The notes beneath the pieces are model-generated. The model searched no databases, had not been told where the DNA came from, and was given only the letters and a program-made list of their open reading frames with translations. A DNA stretch of 63,077 nucleotides, the filler included, from Octopus bimaculoides (lineage: Eukaryota), in the NCBI RefSeq assembly GCF_001194135.2. It is 5 parts of 5 records of this genome, joined end to end, with 100 filler letters (N's around TTAATTAATTAA, not from the genome) between each part and the next. Parts side by side here need not be neighbours in the genome. Positions count along the whole stretch, not along the records: positions 1 to 20,743 come from NC_068999.1; 4 more parts are not named here. One strand, written 5' to 3'. The position numbers and the translations under genes are program-made. This document shows, one piece after another, positions 1-15,410 of this stretch (position 1 is its first letter; every line of letters begins with the position of its first letter).

Positions 1-1358
1 TATATATATAAATTCACATATGAATCTTCATTCCGAATATTCAATTTCAAAATATGTCTTCAAACATTTTCTTTTTTCTTTTGAATCTTCTTTATACTTC
101 CACCTTCCTATTTTGATACGAAGCCACACCAGCGAATATTCTTCCCTCAACTTAGCGTCATTATCAGCAAGACATTGATCTATACTTAAATATGTCTAAT
201 GCTAAAATATTCAGTCAAATTAGTCGACTGTTTTTTTGAAAAAAACATCGATCTGTTTATGTGTAGTCCTGTAGAGAAAATTGTATTCGTGGCCGTTCCC
301 GTTTTGAAAATAGCAACAACAAAGAAGTTTATATTTTTTATTTCAAAGACAGGCAGACATTGAATTAATGCATTCCTTTGAGTCGAAGTTGTTTTCTCAA
401 GACGGGAGTATCCTATGAATTAGAGGAATGTACTTTGAATATTACGTTTTGTCATCCGGTTCAGAGATTTTCAACGTTCCTGATAAAATCATTTAGAGCC
501 AGTTTTTCAAGAACTTCTAAATCTAAATGAATTAATACACGGAGAAGAATGTTTAAACTGCCATACCTTGATAGAATGTCAGCTAGTGTATAACTGAAAG
601 ATATTCGTTTCATATATATAATTATGCTTTTGGTACGTTGATGGGACCAGAGTTAGAATCATTAATCAAGAACAATGCACAATAAACATAACTTACCGAT
701 ATTTACCTTTTCTTGTTCTTTATTTCTTGTCTTGGTTGTCATTTGCACATTGATCGGATCTTAGAAATGTTCCCTTGAAAGCAGACCGACTCTTCTAACA
801 AATGCTGGCTAAACAGGAAAAGATGTACCCGATAGAGCACACGAGAAGAAAACTTGCCGCTGAATATGCAATCATGCACGCAATGGTCTACACCTAACTA
901 TAAAATAACTGTTGAAAAATATTGTATTGTAGAAATAATTGTCAAATCTTATGGATATTGTAACTATTTTATTCTCAGTTTTTGATACACTTTTTATCAA
1001 TAACTGAGTATTAATTACTGTATCTACACTAACATCCATGACTTGGATTTAAAATACACCCTACAAACAATCATCCGCTCTCACGTAAATCATGCACGTT
1101 TCTTTTCAGACGTAAATTTATCTTCCCTTGTCTCTGCTGTTCATCTCAACATTTTGTTTCCAAGCTTTCTTTTAATTGCCTTGATGTAAGATGGCCATCT
1201 GATCTGCCCATATCTTGCGTCACTAATATTGATTTCAACAACGACTCCCTAGTTGTTCAGACAAGAAGTCTATCTTTTCCAAGTCTAAGTTCTTTTAGAT
1301 CACGTCAAACTTCAATAATCACTTCTTTCAATTAATGTACCTATATCACCATATCCCT

Positions 1359-1363
<5 letters not shown>

Positions 1364-1456
<93 letters not shown>

Positions 1457-1480
1457 CTCTCTCGCTCTCTCTCTCTCTCT
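1364..1480 (+). repeat. (CT)n microsatellite
   Basis: Long CT dinucleotide run, directly visible. Confidence 0.98.
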
Positions 1481-1746
1481 CCTTTATCTCTCACTGTAAT
1501 TCTTTCTCTCAAATCTCATCTCTTTCTGATTTCCATAATTCAATATATTCTGCACCACTCGCATGCCGAATCTGATTTTGTAAAATGCTGATCACTTGCT
1601 CTACTTATCTCAAAATACTCTTTTATGTCAACACATATACGCATACCTGACCGTCATATATAGGCGTGGAGACAAACACAGCACAAAATGCCATTATAAA
1701 CTTTCTCGACATCAAACCCAGGCCCCACACATACAAACACACAAAC

Positions 1747-1779
<33 letters not shown>

Positions 1780-1970
1780 AATGTATGTATGTATGACAGA
1801 GCAGTCTTTGCCATCAAAGTGACACTGGGGTAAAATATACGAATCCCATTATACCCATCATGACTACCCGTCTGATAAGGGCACACCAAGCACATGCATC
1901 ACAACCATATGTGCGCGACATCGACACCTCATATCAAGATAAACAGTATGTATGTATGTATGTATGTATG

Positions 1971-2178
1971 TATAGACAAGTGCTGAAAAGTTCCTGGCAT
2001 TGGGTAAAGAAAATAGAGGAGGATCAGTTAATTATGATTTTATTCAACATATTCGCCTGCCAGATTCACATATTAGAGCAATGTGTCAGTTGTTCTAATA
2101 ACTCTGGAAATGTGGGCCTCCGACCAGGCCTTTCGCCACACCCACAAAGCCAGGAAGATTTCAGCACTACCTCTTATA
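1971..2178 (-). mobile_element. Mariner-derived MITE
   Basis: Imperfect TIRs (gtgctgaaaagttcctggc / gccaggaagatttcagcac) with TA at the ends; the minus strand retains the transposase C-terminal codons NLAGEYVE*. Confidence 0.75.
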
Positions 2179-2866
2179 TGGACGCACACATTGATATTCA
2201 TGCATAGATCTTATGCATATATTTCATTGCAAACCCGTTTGCATACATAGTCTTAAATAGTAATTTTTTTGCGTATACTGAACATGTACTGCACGTACCT
2301 ATATGCCATACAGGCTCGCAAGCTCACATATATCAGAAACAGATAGCGAGAGAGAAAGAGAGATTAATGCAGGGAGAGTTCGTGACAGACAGAGCGAGAA
2401 CGGGAAAAAGAGAGAGGAAGATACGAGGGGTGAATGTCTTCTCATTTAAAACATCTTTTTGTTTTTGCCTTCTTCTTTATCTTCTTTCTTCAACTTCCTC
2501 TTCAAAATCTCCTTCTCCTCCAGTTAACTTCTAATTTGCAACCACGATACATGTTCCTCTATAAATTCGTCACTATTTTCTTTATATACTTCTGTGCGTC
2601 TCTGTTTGCGTATGTGAATGTATACACGCGTATTATACGTGCGTGCGGGTATATATTTATTTTTGCCTGTTTGTTTGTTTGTGTGTTTGCGTATGTTTCT
2701 ATGTATTTGAGAGTAATTTTCTTTGTACACGTGTATATATATGCGTGGGTATAGTTATGTGTGAGTATATTCATATATACATACATACACACATATACAC
2801 ACACACATTTATATATACGTATGTGTATGCTATATATACATACATACATATGTACATATACGCAAC

Positions 2867-2937
<71 letters not shown>

Positions 2938-3173
2938 ACATATAAGTTTGTGTGTGTCTCAGTTGTCAGCATATGTATGTGCATATGTGTGTATGTTTCT
3001 ATGTGCATGTTTGAATGTAAAGAAGTCGATAGGGAGGAAACTGACTGTTACATGGATGTGGGTTGTGCGGGTCGAGTAATCATGTTTTGGTTGTTTTTCT
3101 TGTTTTACTTTATGCATTTTCCTCCTGTTTTATTCCACTACCTTTTTTTTTTAGGTTTACATTTAATTTAATC

Positions 3174-3746
<573 letters not shown>

Positions 3747-3756
3747 ATCATAATCA

Positions 3757-4064
3757 AAGGCGGCGCGATGGCAGAACCGTTAGCACGCCAGGCGAAATGC
3801 TTAACGGTGTTTCGTCTGCCGCTACGTTCAGAGTTCAAAATTCCGCCGGGGTCGATGTTGCCTTTTATTCTTTCGGGATCGATAAATTAAATACCAGTTG
3901 CGTAATAGGGTCGAACTAATCGACTGGCCCACTCCTCCAAAATTTTCAGGCTTTGTGCCTATAGTAGAAAAAATCATTATTATTATTATTATTATTATTA
4001 TTAATCGTAATTGAAGGCGGTGAGCGGGTAGAATCGTTAGCAAGCCAGGCAAAAATGCTTAGCG
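3757..4064 (+). mobile_element. tRNA-derived SINE family A: full copy plus a second head fragment
   Basis: A-box-like tggcagaaccg and B-box gagttcaaaattcc; (ATT)n tail; second head aaggcggtgagc at about 4014. Confidence 0.85.
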
Positions 4065-5640
4065 TTATGTGCATGTTTCCTTGTATGTATGGAGCCGTGA
4101 CGAGTGTGTAGGAAACTTAGGCTTTTGATGACGGGAAGAAAAGTGAGAAGATGGAAAAGACAAGGAAAAGTTATTTGAATAGTCTAATGCGATCGACGGA
4201 GGACGAACATGTGTATGCTTATGCGTGTGTATGTGACTGTCTGTGTGAGCGTGAGTGTGTATGTGTGTATGACGCGAGAGAAAAATGAATGTTTAATTGA
4301 AAGAATTTACGAACGAATAAATTTATGAATAACGTGTTGGATAGCAGGCTGATTAGCTGGATAGGTGGTTGGATACATGTCTCGATAAATGGACAAACTA
4401 AGAATTGATTATTCTTTGAATTCTAATTCTCAAATAAGAAATATTCTTTTAAAAAATACTCGCAAATAAATAATCCATCAACAGTAATTTGACGTTTTTA
4501 AAGATATATATATATATATATTGTATATTTTGTTTAAATAAATTGCAAGAATTCTCTGGATAAGACATAGTGTTCATTCATTGGCAACCATTCTGTTCTT
4601 GAGGAATGATGCTCAAGTGATTTAAGACGGATAGTAATATTACACGGCTGTTGGACAAGATATTCATTTAAAACTGCACATAACAGGAGCTGTGTTAGTT
4701 ATTGTTCTTATAATTATTGATGATGATATTTACGATAAAGATGATTACAATGATGAAAATAGTAACGAATATCAGCATATCTTTTGTTTTTGTTATTGTT
4801 TTGGTGTTATATTTGTTGCTGGTTTCATTCACATCGGGGAGGTAAGCGGTTCAACGGTATGTTCTATGTTTTGTTTTGGTTTTGCATTTTTAATGAATTA
4901 ACAATACTCTACAGGTATGTGTGCAGTATCTAATAGTGTTAATTTCTGCATTTTCTGTAAATTTGTAAACCTTCGAGTTTTGGGCTTCGTATGTGTTTTA
5001 ATGGTTTTATTTATAACCAGTGTACCTCTTATTAGAGACATTGTCTCCGTTTTCAGCCCTCTACATTCTGTACATCTCTATTTTCAAACTTGAGAAAATT
5101 TATCCATTGTTTTGAAATATAAATTATCATATGATGGTCTTGATAGTTCGATAAGGAATAATTTTCTTTTGGTGGTGTCCTTTGTAAGAACTTCAGGTCG
5201 TCTACTCTCAACCTTCTAGTCTGTATGGGCATGCATAGCCCACTTTACGTTTGCTTTGTATTTCATTGAAACATTTCCTGTTGCATATTCTAACGTCACT
5301 TTTCCGTTATTACTTTAAAATGCTACATTATTTTCTTGTCTGAGAAAACCAAGGACAGCAGTTTTGTTCCAATATATCTGTCTGTAACACTTGTGTTTCT
5401 TCTTTTGCGTGTATTGTGTAACCTCCACTTGAGATGGTGCTTACATCCCGTACATACCTACATTCTTGCTTCATCTACACTCTCAAATAAAACACAGTCG
5501 ATCTCTACACCAGAAGAAAATGCGTAACAATATAGTATGTGGTTAGTCATAGCACTTGATTTAAATATATCGATTCAGGTAATCTGGTGGTACTCATAAA
5601 AAAGTTCCTTAATGTATCATTCTTCAAAACATACAGAATA

Positions 5641-6076
5641 TATTCTTTTCTACTCTAGGTACAAGGCCCGAACGTTTGGGGGAGGGGACCAGTCGATTAG
5701 ATCGACCCAGTACGCAACAGGTACTTAATTTATCGACCCCGAAAAGATCAATGGCAAAGTCGACCTCGGGTGAATATGAACTCAGAACGTAAAGACAGAC
5801 GCAATACCGCTTAGTATTTCGCCCGGCGTGCTAACGTTTCTGCCAGCTCGCTACTTTTATTCTTTTCTACGCTACGCACAAGACCCGAAATTTTGAGGGA
5901 GGGAGCCAGTTGATTTGATCGACTCCAGTGCTTAACTGGTACTTAATTTATCGACCCCGAAAGGATGAAACGCAAAGTCGATCTGGGCGGAATTTGAACT
6001 CAGAACATGGAGACAGACGAAATACCGCTAAGCATTTCGCCCGGTGTGCTAACGTTTCTGCCATCTTGCCGCCTTA
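5641..6076 (-). mobile_element. SINE family A head-to-tail dimer
   Basis: Two ~217-bp copies (5641-5857, 5858-6076) matching the reverse complement of family A. Confidence 0.9.
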
Positions 6077-7435
6077 CATATAGAATACATTGTACGATAA
6101 AGTGTGTAAAAGGTCATAAACGAAAGAGAGAAATAGTTTAACGGATTTTTATTTAACAATAAGAAAATTCTAATAATCACAATAAATTGTTTCATAACTT
6201 AAAAACGTGCAAATAATTCATATTATTATTTTAACAATAAATATGCATACCGGCATAAATCCAAAATGCAAAATGCAAAATATCCTTCGAAATAATACAG
6301 GATTATTTAATTGTAATTAAAGATTTTAACATAGGCACAAGGTAAATAATTGTGTGTCAGAAAAAGTTGATTAAACTGATGTAAGTTCTCGACAGTTTCT
6401 TTCTTTTACAAACCCAAGAAAGATAAGCAGCAATCGTGATCAGGGACATATTTTAATGTAGAGCCTAAACTGTTGTAATTACATTCCGAAACGAAATTTA
6501 GCCCGATGCTTACCAGAAATTTGTCCCGACTATAATAGTGGATGTTTAACGTAGGTAGAAGACCATAACATTCAGATGAAGTGGTGGCGGTGGGGGAGAT
6601 ATTAGTCAATTATATTGATCCCAGGAGTTATTTATTGTATGGCTCCTCAAAAATTAAGTCGCAAGTTGTCGTCGGCGATATGCGAACGCAGAACCTAAGG
6701 CGTGTTAACTAAATCTTGTAACGCAATTTATACAGTACTGTGTGAGCCATTCTGGCAGTCCTTGGCCCTTAATTGAAAGCAACAACAATAACAATAATGA
6801 TACTAAGAAGAAGAAGAATGAGAAGACAAAAGATAGAAAGAAAGAAAGGAATAAAGGAGGAAAGAAAGAAATGAAGAAAGAAAGAAATGAAGAAAGAAAG
6901 AAATGAAGAAAGAAAGGAAGAACAACATAAACAGCAATAGTAATATTAAATTTTCATTAAAAGAAACTAAACAAGATAGTTGGGGAAAAAAATCTCAATT
7001 TAATAAATATCAAAGAACCATTTTTAGAAATAATATCCGTAATCCTTCCATTCTCACCCCCCACCCATACTTCCAATATGAAGTACTGCTATTGGTTAAA
7101 ACAGTTTAATAATACAGATCGTCATAATTTTTTTTTCTTCTTTGCTAAATATAACTTGGAATTTATTTGGCTTCAAAACTGCACTCGACTACCTCCTTTT
7201 TTTGTTTTGTTTTTTCGAGAATTTCACTATCTTTACCCATAGCCTTCACTCTATCTCTCTTGTTCAATCAGTCTTACTCTTGGCATTTTTGTCTACATAT
7301 TTTTCTCGGTTTTCCTTTGAATCTCTCTCTTTCTCACTCTATTTCTCTCCCATGCATCTCCCCATCTTTTTTTTTATCTATCTATCTTTCTGTCTATCTA
7401 TTTAACTATCTATCTATATATATATATATATCTAG

Positions 7436-7494
<59 letters not shown>

Positions 7495-7594
7495 TTAGGG
7501 ATTAAAATCCAAATTTAATGGTAAAAACTCAATTGAATTCAATTTATTAAAGATTAAAATTAAATTAAGTTTCACGGTATGAAATATAAATATA

Positions 7595-8319
7595 TAGTTC
7601 TGGTTACGAAGAAGATGCTACGCGCAAATTTCATATCTGCGCATTTTCTGATTTTCATTCAAATCGTGCGGCACCATTTGTCGAGTGTTTTTGATTTTCC
7701 GATCGCATGCAAAGGGTTGCTGGCAGTTTTTTGGCTAACTAGAAGTTCATTTGCCAGTCCTCGAGCGAGTGCTTTTATTGGATCTCTCTCAATGATGGTC
7801 TTTAATTGACTGCCATCGATGACAGATGGGCGTCCACTGCGCTCACGAATTTCAAGGCTTGTGTCTTAACTAGAAATGGTTTAAATCATTTCCGAGCCGA
7901 CTACTCACTGGTCATTTCCTTACCAAACGTATCGTTGATATCGCGTGTAGTTTCATCTGATTTACGTCTTTTTTTGGTTTTCAGGTGAATAGTAAAATTG
8001 CTCGAATATCGCGCTTTGACTGTTCCATTTCAGATTATTGTATCGACGGTGAAAAAAATATCAATGTTAATTTATTGATTCATATATATCCATAGGTGCC
8101 CTACCATCTTGCACTCACTCACTCCAAAATATCTATTAATCATATTAATACTATTATTAGCACATAATAAAGAACTGTGATCGTCAGACATGTCTATGTC
8201 TGAATTATCAGACAACTGCAAAAGAAAAAAAATGTTTTTAAAAATTTCAAAAGTCCACAAAAATTCGGTACAAATTCTTCATGGTTCAAAACGTCGCTTC
8301 CTTTTTACTCAACCTGATA
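7595..8319 (-). mobile_element. Mariner transposon, 5' half, degraded
   Basis: TIR-like tatcaggttgagtaaaaagg at the 8319 end; ATG at 8028 gives MEQSKRDIRAILLF...ERSGRPSVID...GKSKTLDKW(V)PHDL (HTH region and WVPHEL-like motif) with stops and frameshifts. Confidence 0.85.
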
Positions 8320-8682
8320 CAACAATTATTGCATGCGCCGGCATTATGACCACAAACACTATTACCAACACCATAAAAACCACTTCCACTATAACACCAC
8401 CACCACCAACAACAACCAGTAACACTAAAAGTTATCATTACTGCATTCAACATCATCCTAATCACTTTTATAAACCACCACTGATACAATTACCACTACA
8501 CATAGCCCCACTACCACTACCACCACTACAACCTCGGCCACGAAATCCACAAGCACGACAAGTACCAGCACCGGACTGACCCCAACAACTATTACAATAT
8601 CAGCACCATCCATATTAACACCTACACCACTACAACCGCTACAAATACTACCAACTATAATATAACCGTAACTGCTCTTAAC

Positions 8683-8712
8683 CACCACCACCACCACCAC
8701 CACCACCACCAT

Positions 8713-8756
<44 letters not shown>

Positions 8757-8820
8757 GTACCACTACTACTGCTACTACTATCATTACTACTACTACTATT
8801 TCCACTACCACCACCATCAT
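8683..8820 (+). repeat. (ACC)n/(ACT)n compound microsatellite
   Basis: Directly visible. Confidence 0.95.
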
Positions 8821-9220
8821 GAAAATACCACCACCACAACCACTACAACTATTCCTCGTACAACCATGAACACTAAANNNNNNNNNNNNNNNNNNNNNNN
8901 NNNNNNNNNNNNNNNNNNNNNNNNNNNNNNNNNNNNNNNNNNNNNNNNNNNNNNNNNNNNNNNNNNNNNNNNNNNNNNNNNNNNNNNNNNNNNNNNNNNN
9001 NNNNNNNNNNNNNNNNNNNNNNNNNNNNNNNNNNNNNNNNNNNNNNNNNNNNNNNNNNNNNNNNNNNNNNNNNNNNNNNNNNNNNNNNNNNNNNNNNNNN
9101 NNNNNNNNNNNNNNNNNNNNNNNNNNNNNNNNNNNNNNNNNNNNNNNNNNNNNNNNNNNNNNNNNNNNNNNNNNNNNNNNNNNNNNNNAGTGGCAGGTTA
9201 TCAATGGGTACACAACGCAG

Positions 9221-9262
<42 letters not shown>

Positions 9263-10074
9263 GTGTGTGTGTTTGTTCATGTGTGCTGACGTGTGTTTCT
9301 ATGTACGTGTAGATATATGTTTGTATGTGTGCACTTTTCTGTTTTGTATCTCCGCGTCTCCGTGTCGCTGTCTTTATTTTTTACAAAATATTTTGCGTGC
9401 GCCTTTCTGTATGTATTCGGCTGTATGTGTGAAGGTGTATTGGTCTTCTATATGTCAGTAGTTACATGTTAATTACAAGCGTATTCCTGTGTCTATTTGT
9501 CTGTGTATTACTGGGAATGTCTGTACATGAGTATATGTTTGTGTTAATGTGTGTCTGTGTCCGTGTATGTATCAATCTATCAGTGTTTATATATGCTCGT
9601 GTGTATATGTATTATTGTCACTGTATGTAACAACAGATCACTATGTGCGTGTTTGTGTGTGTGTGTGTGTTTGTGTGTGGGTGTGTGGGTGAGTGTGTGG
9701 GTGTGTGTTTGTGAGAGAGAGAGAGACATACTGCTGCCATGTAAACGTATGTGGGAATATATATATTTTTGCTGTTTCCGTATATGTATTTAAATTGCGT
9801 ATATACGTACATATGTATATGTATATATCAAAATGCGTATACCTCTGTGTGTGTGTATAATGGACAACCTGCGCTATTGGTCCGCTATGTGTGTATAATT
9901 ATAACTATGCGTCTGAATGTATGTTTGACTGTATGTATATATGTATGTTTGTGTTTGCGTTTCTATGAGTATATGTATATGTTAATTCGTAAATATTTGT
10001 GATCCTGCGAATATATTTTTCTATAATAATGTATGATGTTTATGTGTTTGTACTGAGCATATATACTCAATCAT

Positions 10075-10200
10075 AACGAAGTGGCTAAAAAGCTCGCTCC
10101 GCAAACATGAGGCCTTGGTTTTGATACGTTTTGCGTCGTAAAGTCATCAGGAAGTGTCTGTCTACATATCGTCTGTCGATACGCTACTTGTGAATAGAGT
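10075..10200 (+). mobile_element. Highly degenerate tRNA-SINE (family B-like head)
   Basis: gaagtggctaaaaagctcgc...ggaagtgtctgtctac resembles the family B head and core. Confidence 0.4.
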
Positions 10201-11029
10201 CAAATAGAGAGTAACTGTTTTAAAGTCAGTCGGGTGGATTGTACCTCTAATTCAAAGGTACATCCTTTACAAACGCTGTTTCATACTAATTATATTAACA
10301 ATCCACATGTCTATACTTAGTTCTGTACACATTAAAACAATGGTTACTTGGTTGAGATGATTGAATAAGTAAATAAGTTTTATTGAAACCATTGGAGTTC
10401 TATTAAGTTTGCACAAGTCTGACGAGTAATCAATCCTTACACGTTAATTTACAGGTCAATTTAACGACTGTGGATTTCTGAATGTCGATCGGTAAAACTG
10501 ACGTGAGTGAATGTGTGATTTCGATACCTACATGTGTTTACATCAAGATCTGTGTACATCTCTATATGTTTGCTCTTCGGTGTGTATATTTGACTATTTT
10601 GTAAATATGTGTAATCATCTGACTGCGAGTGAATGCCCATATGCATTATAATGAATATATTTCTGTATATGCAAAGTGTTGTTATGCTGAGTGTAGATTT
10701 CGTGGTGTATATCTAGCTATTTCTAGGAAGATGAGTTGTAAATATATATGATCGCATAAATGAGTGTTTATGCGTGATTCCAAGTATATATATGCGATTG
10801 TCGCACTATATATATATATATCTATATGAAAGTATGTATGCCTGCGAATCTTTCTAATCTACGTATGATTGCATGCATGAATATATGTATATAGGCATGC
10901 ATGTATTATGTATTTATGCATGTATGTATGTATATATGTACGTATGTGTGTGTGTAAGTATGTATGTATTTATATATGCATGTATGTATTTATGTATGTA
11001 TATATGAATGTATGTATGCATGTGAGTAT

Positions 11030-11540
11030 GTGTGTGCGTGCTACTGGTAACATGGAACCCGGTACAACCTGTTGCATGGTTGGGTTGTCGGCGACTAAAC
11101 CGGCACCGCCAGCCGGCTAACCTGGTGAAGAGGGTTGCTAGACACCCAGCAGGACTAAAAACAAAACATGTTAAAAGGCTGGATCCAGCAATACGACTAT
11201 CCAGCAATAGCACGGCACACAGAAATTCCAGGACGGTGTCCGGCGTGCTGGGACGTCACTGGGAGTGAGGCACCCTTTAGCTCTTTCTGGAGCATTTCTC
11301 TAGTAGAAAGCTACTCTGATATAAAACCATATATGCAGGGAATGCCATTGGACATTTTGCGGATCATTTGCTTATGCTTGAGATCATGGTGCTCTATAAC
11401 CCTGAGCCTGCAACTCATATTGGCACCAGACATCTTGTCCCAGCTCGTCTCTGGATGATGTCAAATGAGTGGAGAAGGTCTATGAGGTGTCGTGCAAGCC
11501 CTATTGGACCCAAACCTTTGCACCGGCATTGCTGACATTT
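11030..11540. mobile_element. Probable retroelement remnant (possibly RTE-like 5' UTR)
   Basis: GC-richer island between (ATGT)n tracts; no clear protein motif. Confidence 0.3.
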
Positions 11541-11593
11541 TCCTTTACACGTGAATTGCTTCTCTTTTTTTTCCAGATATATATTTAGATCAC

Positions 11594-11636
<43 letters not shown>

Positions 11637-12659
11637 TGTATGTGTGTATGTATGTATGTGTGAATGTATGTATGTATGTATGTATGTATGTATGTATGTA
11701 TGTATGTTCGTATGCATGTATGTATATATGTATGCATGTATGTATGTATAAATTTCTAGTGTGTTAGGAAAGTATTTGTGTTTGTGTGAGTGAGTAAAAA
11801 CGGTTGAGTGTAGATATATGGGTGTGCTCATGACGGTCCATTTTCCATCTGTCCATTTTCATAAGCAGCCCATACTTAAAACAGAGAACCAAGTTTGCAG
11901 TGGAACACAATACTTCTCAGTGACTTTGATTAGCACAGAACTTCAATAATTCCTACGCTGTAAGGAATTTACGAACGACAAAACTAAGCAAGTTTAGAAA
12001 GAAAAAAGAAATTATAATGAATATAATTCGCAAGGATTTTGGTGTGCATTTGATGCTGTTTAATTCCTAAAAGAGATTGATAGCGAGATTGATCAAATTA
12101 TTGTCGTAGTGATTAAATAATTGATGGATTAGTAGCGAACCTACGACATGCGAAGAATAGGACTTAAGTGCGAAAATAAGTATTTTTTTTTCTACTTTCC
12201 TTCAATGAATACATGCACATGTAAAAGTATTAATGTGTGTGTCTATAATTATTATTATTAATTAATAAATGATAAAGAAATCATCATCATCATCATCAAC
12301 AACATCATCGTCGTCGTCCTTATTATTATAATAATAATAATAATAATAATAATTATTATTATTATTATTATTATTATTGGTATTATATAAAGAAGTTCCA
12401 TTCGGATCCATGCATCGTTGTAGGCTTCTTACGGACATCTAGCACGTCAGACTCAGTGTATATGTATGTATGTACGTATGTATTTATGTATGTATGTATG
12501 CACATATGTATATATGTATGTATGTATAAATATATAGATATCATATATATATATAATATAGTCATACATATGTATATGTTTATATGTGCATATGTGCATA
12601 CGATTTGTGTGTGTGTATATATATATGTATATGTATACGTATATATATTGTGTCCTTTA

Positions 12660-12840
12660 TTTTCTACTTGTTTCACTCCTAAGTTTGCACCAGTGCAGGG
12701 GCACAACCTTAGTCGGAGAAATCGACCCCAGAGCTATTTTTAAGTCTGGTGTTTAAAATATCCGTCTCATTTTCCGAACTTGGGGGACGTAACAAATCGA
12801 TAGCGGTTGCTAAGCGATGGTGGACAACAAAGAAAACAAG
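12660..12840 (-). mobile_element. SINE family B 3' portion, degenerate
   Basis: aaatcgaccccag...ggttgctaagcgatggtgg, similar to the copies at 13625 and 50432. Confidence 0.6.
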
Positions 12841-13624
12841 GCACACAAACACACGTACACATGCAAACACATACCCACACACATACACACATATACAAAC
12901 TCCTACACGGGCAAACACACAGAGGCACACGCACGTACACACACATGCACACCCACGCACGCACACACACGACACACACAAGCACACAAACACAACCACA
13001 CGCATACACACACACGTGCATATCCATACACACGCAGATATATATCTATATAGATGTGTGTGTGTGTCTTTGTACATATGTGTGTATGTGTGTTTAATCT
13101 AAAAAGCGTGACCCTTATGGCTTTTAAAATAAATGCCATTTTAGTCTAATAAACAACAACAACAAAAAAGATTTTTGTACGCAAATTTTACCAGATGCTT
13201 CCATTAATCGTAACGTTATTATACAAAGCTATTTCTGGAAAATGAAAAATAAAGATGGATTCAATGCTGAAGGACATTCTGCATATCAGTTGCCTTTCGT
13301 ACCTTTCAATACAGAACTCATGAATATACCATTTTCAATGGCGTTTGTTTTAATATGTATTATAAAAGAAACTAACCGCTTCTGAATACGAAAGTGTCCT
13401 CTACGTTGTTTCATGCAAACACTATACGCAACTCGTCTGTATAACTTCTACGGATAAGGCTAATAATATCTTAATATTATCATATGTCTATGTCGTAATT
13501 ACAAAAGATGATAGTAAAAAAACTGACGTTGTTAGGACCGTAGTGTGTGATTAGATAGCAATTTGCTTGCTGTTTGTAAATGGTCGACGCACATACTTAT
13601 ATGCATAAGGTAGAAGGGTGTTAT

Positions 13625-13829
13625 ACTCTCTTTACTCTTTTATGTATTTTACTTGTTTCAGTGATTATACTGTGGCCATGCTGGAGCACCGCTTTTAGTC
13701 GATCAAGTCGACCCCAGGACTCATTCATTGTAAGCCTGGTACTTATTCTATCGGTCTCCTTTGCCGAATCGGTTGTCAAGCGATATTCGGGGGACAGACA
13801 CAGACACACAAACGTATGCACACACATAC

Positions 13830-13906
<77 letters not shown>

Positions 13907-14250
13907 NNNNNNNNNNNNNNNNNNNNNNNNNNNNNNNNNNNNNNNNNNNNNNNNNNNNNNNNNNNNNNNNNNNNNNNNNNNNNNNNNNNNNNNNNNNNNN
14001 NNNNNNNNNNNNNNNNNNNNNNNNNNNNNNNNNNNNNNNNNNNNNNNNNNNNNNNNNNNNNNNNNNNNNNNNNNNNNNNNNNNNNNNNNNNNNNNNNNNN
14101 NNNNNNNNNNNNNNNNNNNNNNNNNNNNNNNNNNNNNNNNNNNNNNNNNNNNNNNNNNNNNGACACTTGCCCAAGATGCCATGCAGTGGGACTGAACCCG
14201 GAACCATGTGGTTGGTAAGCAAGTTACTTACCACACAACCACTCCTGCGC
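13625..14250 (-). mobile_element. SINE family B with CORE-like motif and internal (CA)n, split by a gap
   Basis: Head at 14162-14250 (rc caggagtggttgtgtggtaag...gggttcagtccc...cttgggcaagtgtc, resembling the MIR/CORE motif); 3' part at 13625-13800. Confidence 0.85.
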
Positions 14251-14359
14251 CTATCTGAGTAAAAATTTTATTTCTGTTTCTGACAACTCAAGGGACATCG
14301 TGGAGGTACACTTTTGGGCTTATTGTGTGCGTGTGTCTATCTGGCTACATGCGGGCGTG

Positions 14360-14401
<42 letters not shown>

Positions 14402-14974
14402 TGTATGTGTCTGTAAGTGTGTACTTATGTGTGCGAGTGTATTTGCACCTATATGTGTGTACGTGTATGCGTCTGTGCGTGTGTGCGTGCGCGCGCCTAT
14501 GTGTGTATAAGTGCACGTGCACGTATGTGTGTATGTGCATGCCTGTGTGCTTCTGTGTGCATGTGTTGCGTGTGCGCGTGAGTGTGCACGTGTATGCGCC
14601 TGCACGCACGTTTCGAACCCGAAAGCCTGTTTAATGTACACTACACTACACTGATGATGTTTAATACAGCGATACATCTCGTTAGTTATTCCTTGCCTAT
14701 AAATTTGCCGTTTTCCAGCTTTTCCATCAGAATCTTTAACAATTATCGATAGGTTTTCGGTTTGTTTCTCAAAATAATCAAATTAAATTCAAGTATTGAT
14801 GACCACCATTCAGATCAGCACTACTTAGGATAGTTATTAACAAACTTATCATTGCGGCATGTTAGCAGCGAATTTGTTTTCTTAAATAACTTAATTATAA
14901 TGAAATTTTAGTTTAACCCGTTTCAGACACACGGTGTTTTGGAACGTGTAGCAAAAAACACCATTTTTTGTTCT

Positions 14975-15410
14975 ACTAGATTACATCGACCCCAGTGCTC
15001 AACTGGTACTTGCTTTACTTTATCGACCCCGAAAGTATGAAAAGTAAAGTCGACTCTGGTGGAATTTGAACTCAGAAAGTAAAGACGGAATAAATGCCAC
15101 TAAGCATTTTCTCCGGCCTTCGAATGATTGGGTCAGATCACCGCCTTAAGAACATGTGAACATTACGTTTAGAAACTCTTTAGGATAGAAGACATCCTTT
15201 TCTACTCTAGGCACAATGCCCGATATTTTGGGGGAGAGGGCCAGTCGATTAGATCGACCCTAGTACGCAACTGGTACTTAATTTATTGAACCCGAAATGA
15301 TGAAAGGCAAACTCAACCTCGGCGGAATTTGAATTCAGGACGTAAGGACAGAAGAAATACCGGTAAGCATTTCGCCTGGTGCGCTAACGTTTCTGCCAGT
15401 TCGTCGCCAT
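14975..15410 (-). mobile_element. Two SINE family A copies
   Basis: About 14975-15149 and 15196-15410; tttgaactcagaa (B box rc) present in both. Confidence 0.85.

Noticed and set aside
340-600. Possible minus-strand exon after ctttcag (YTLADILSRYGSL...)
   Set aside because: Short, with no recognisable homology and no partner exon
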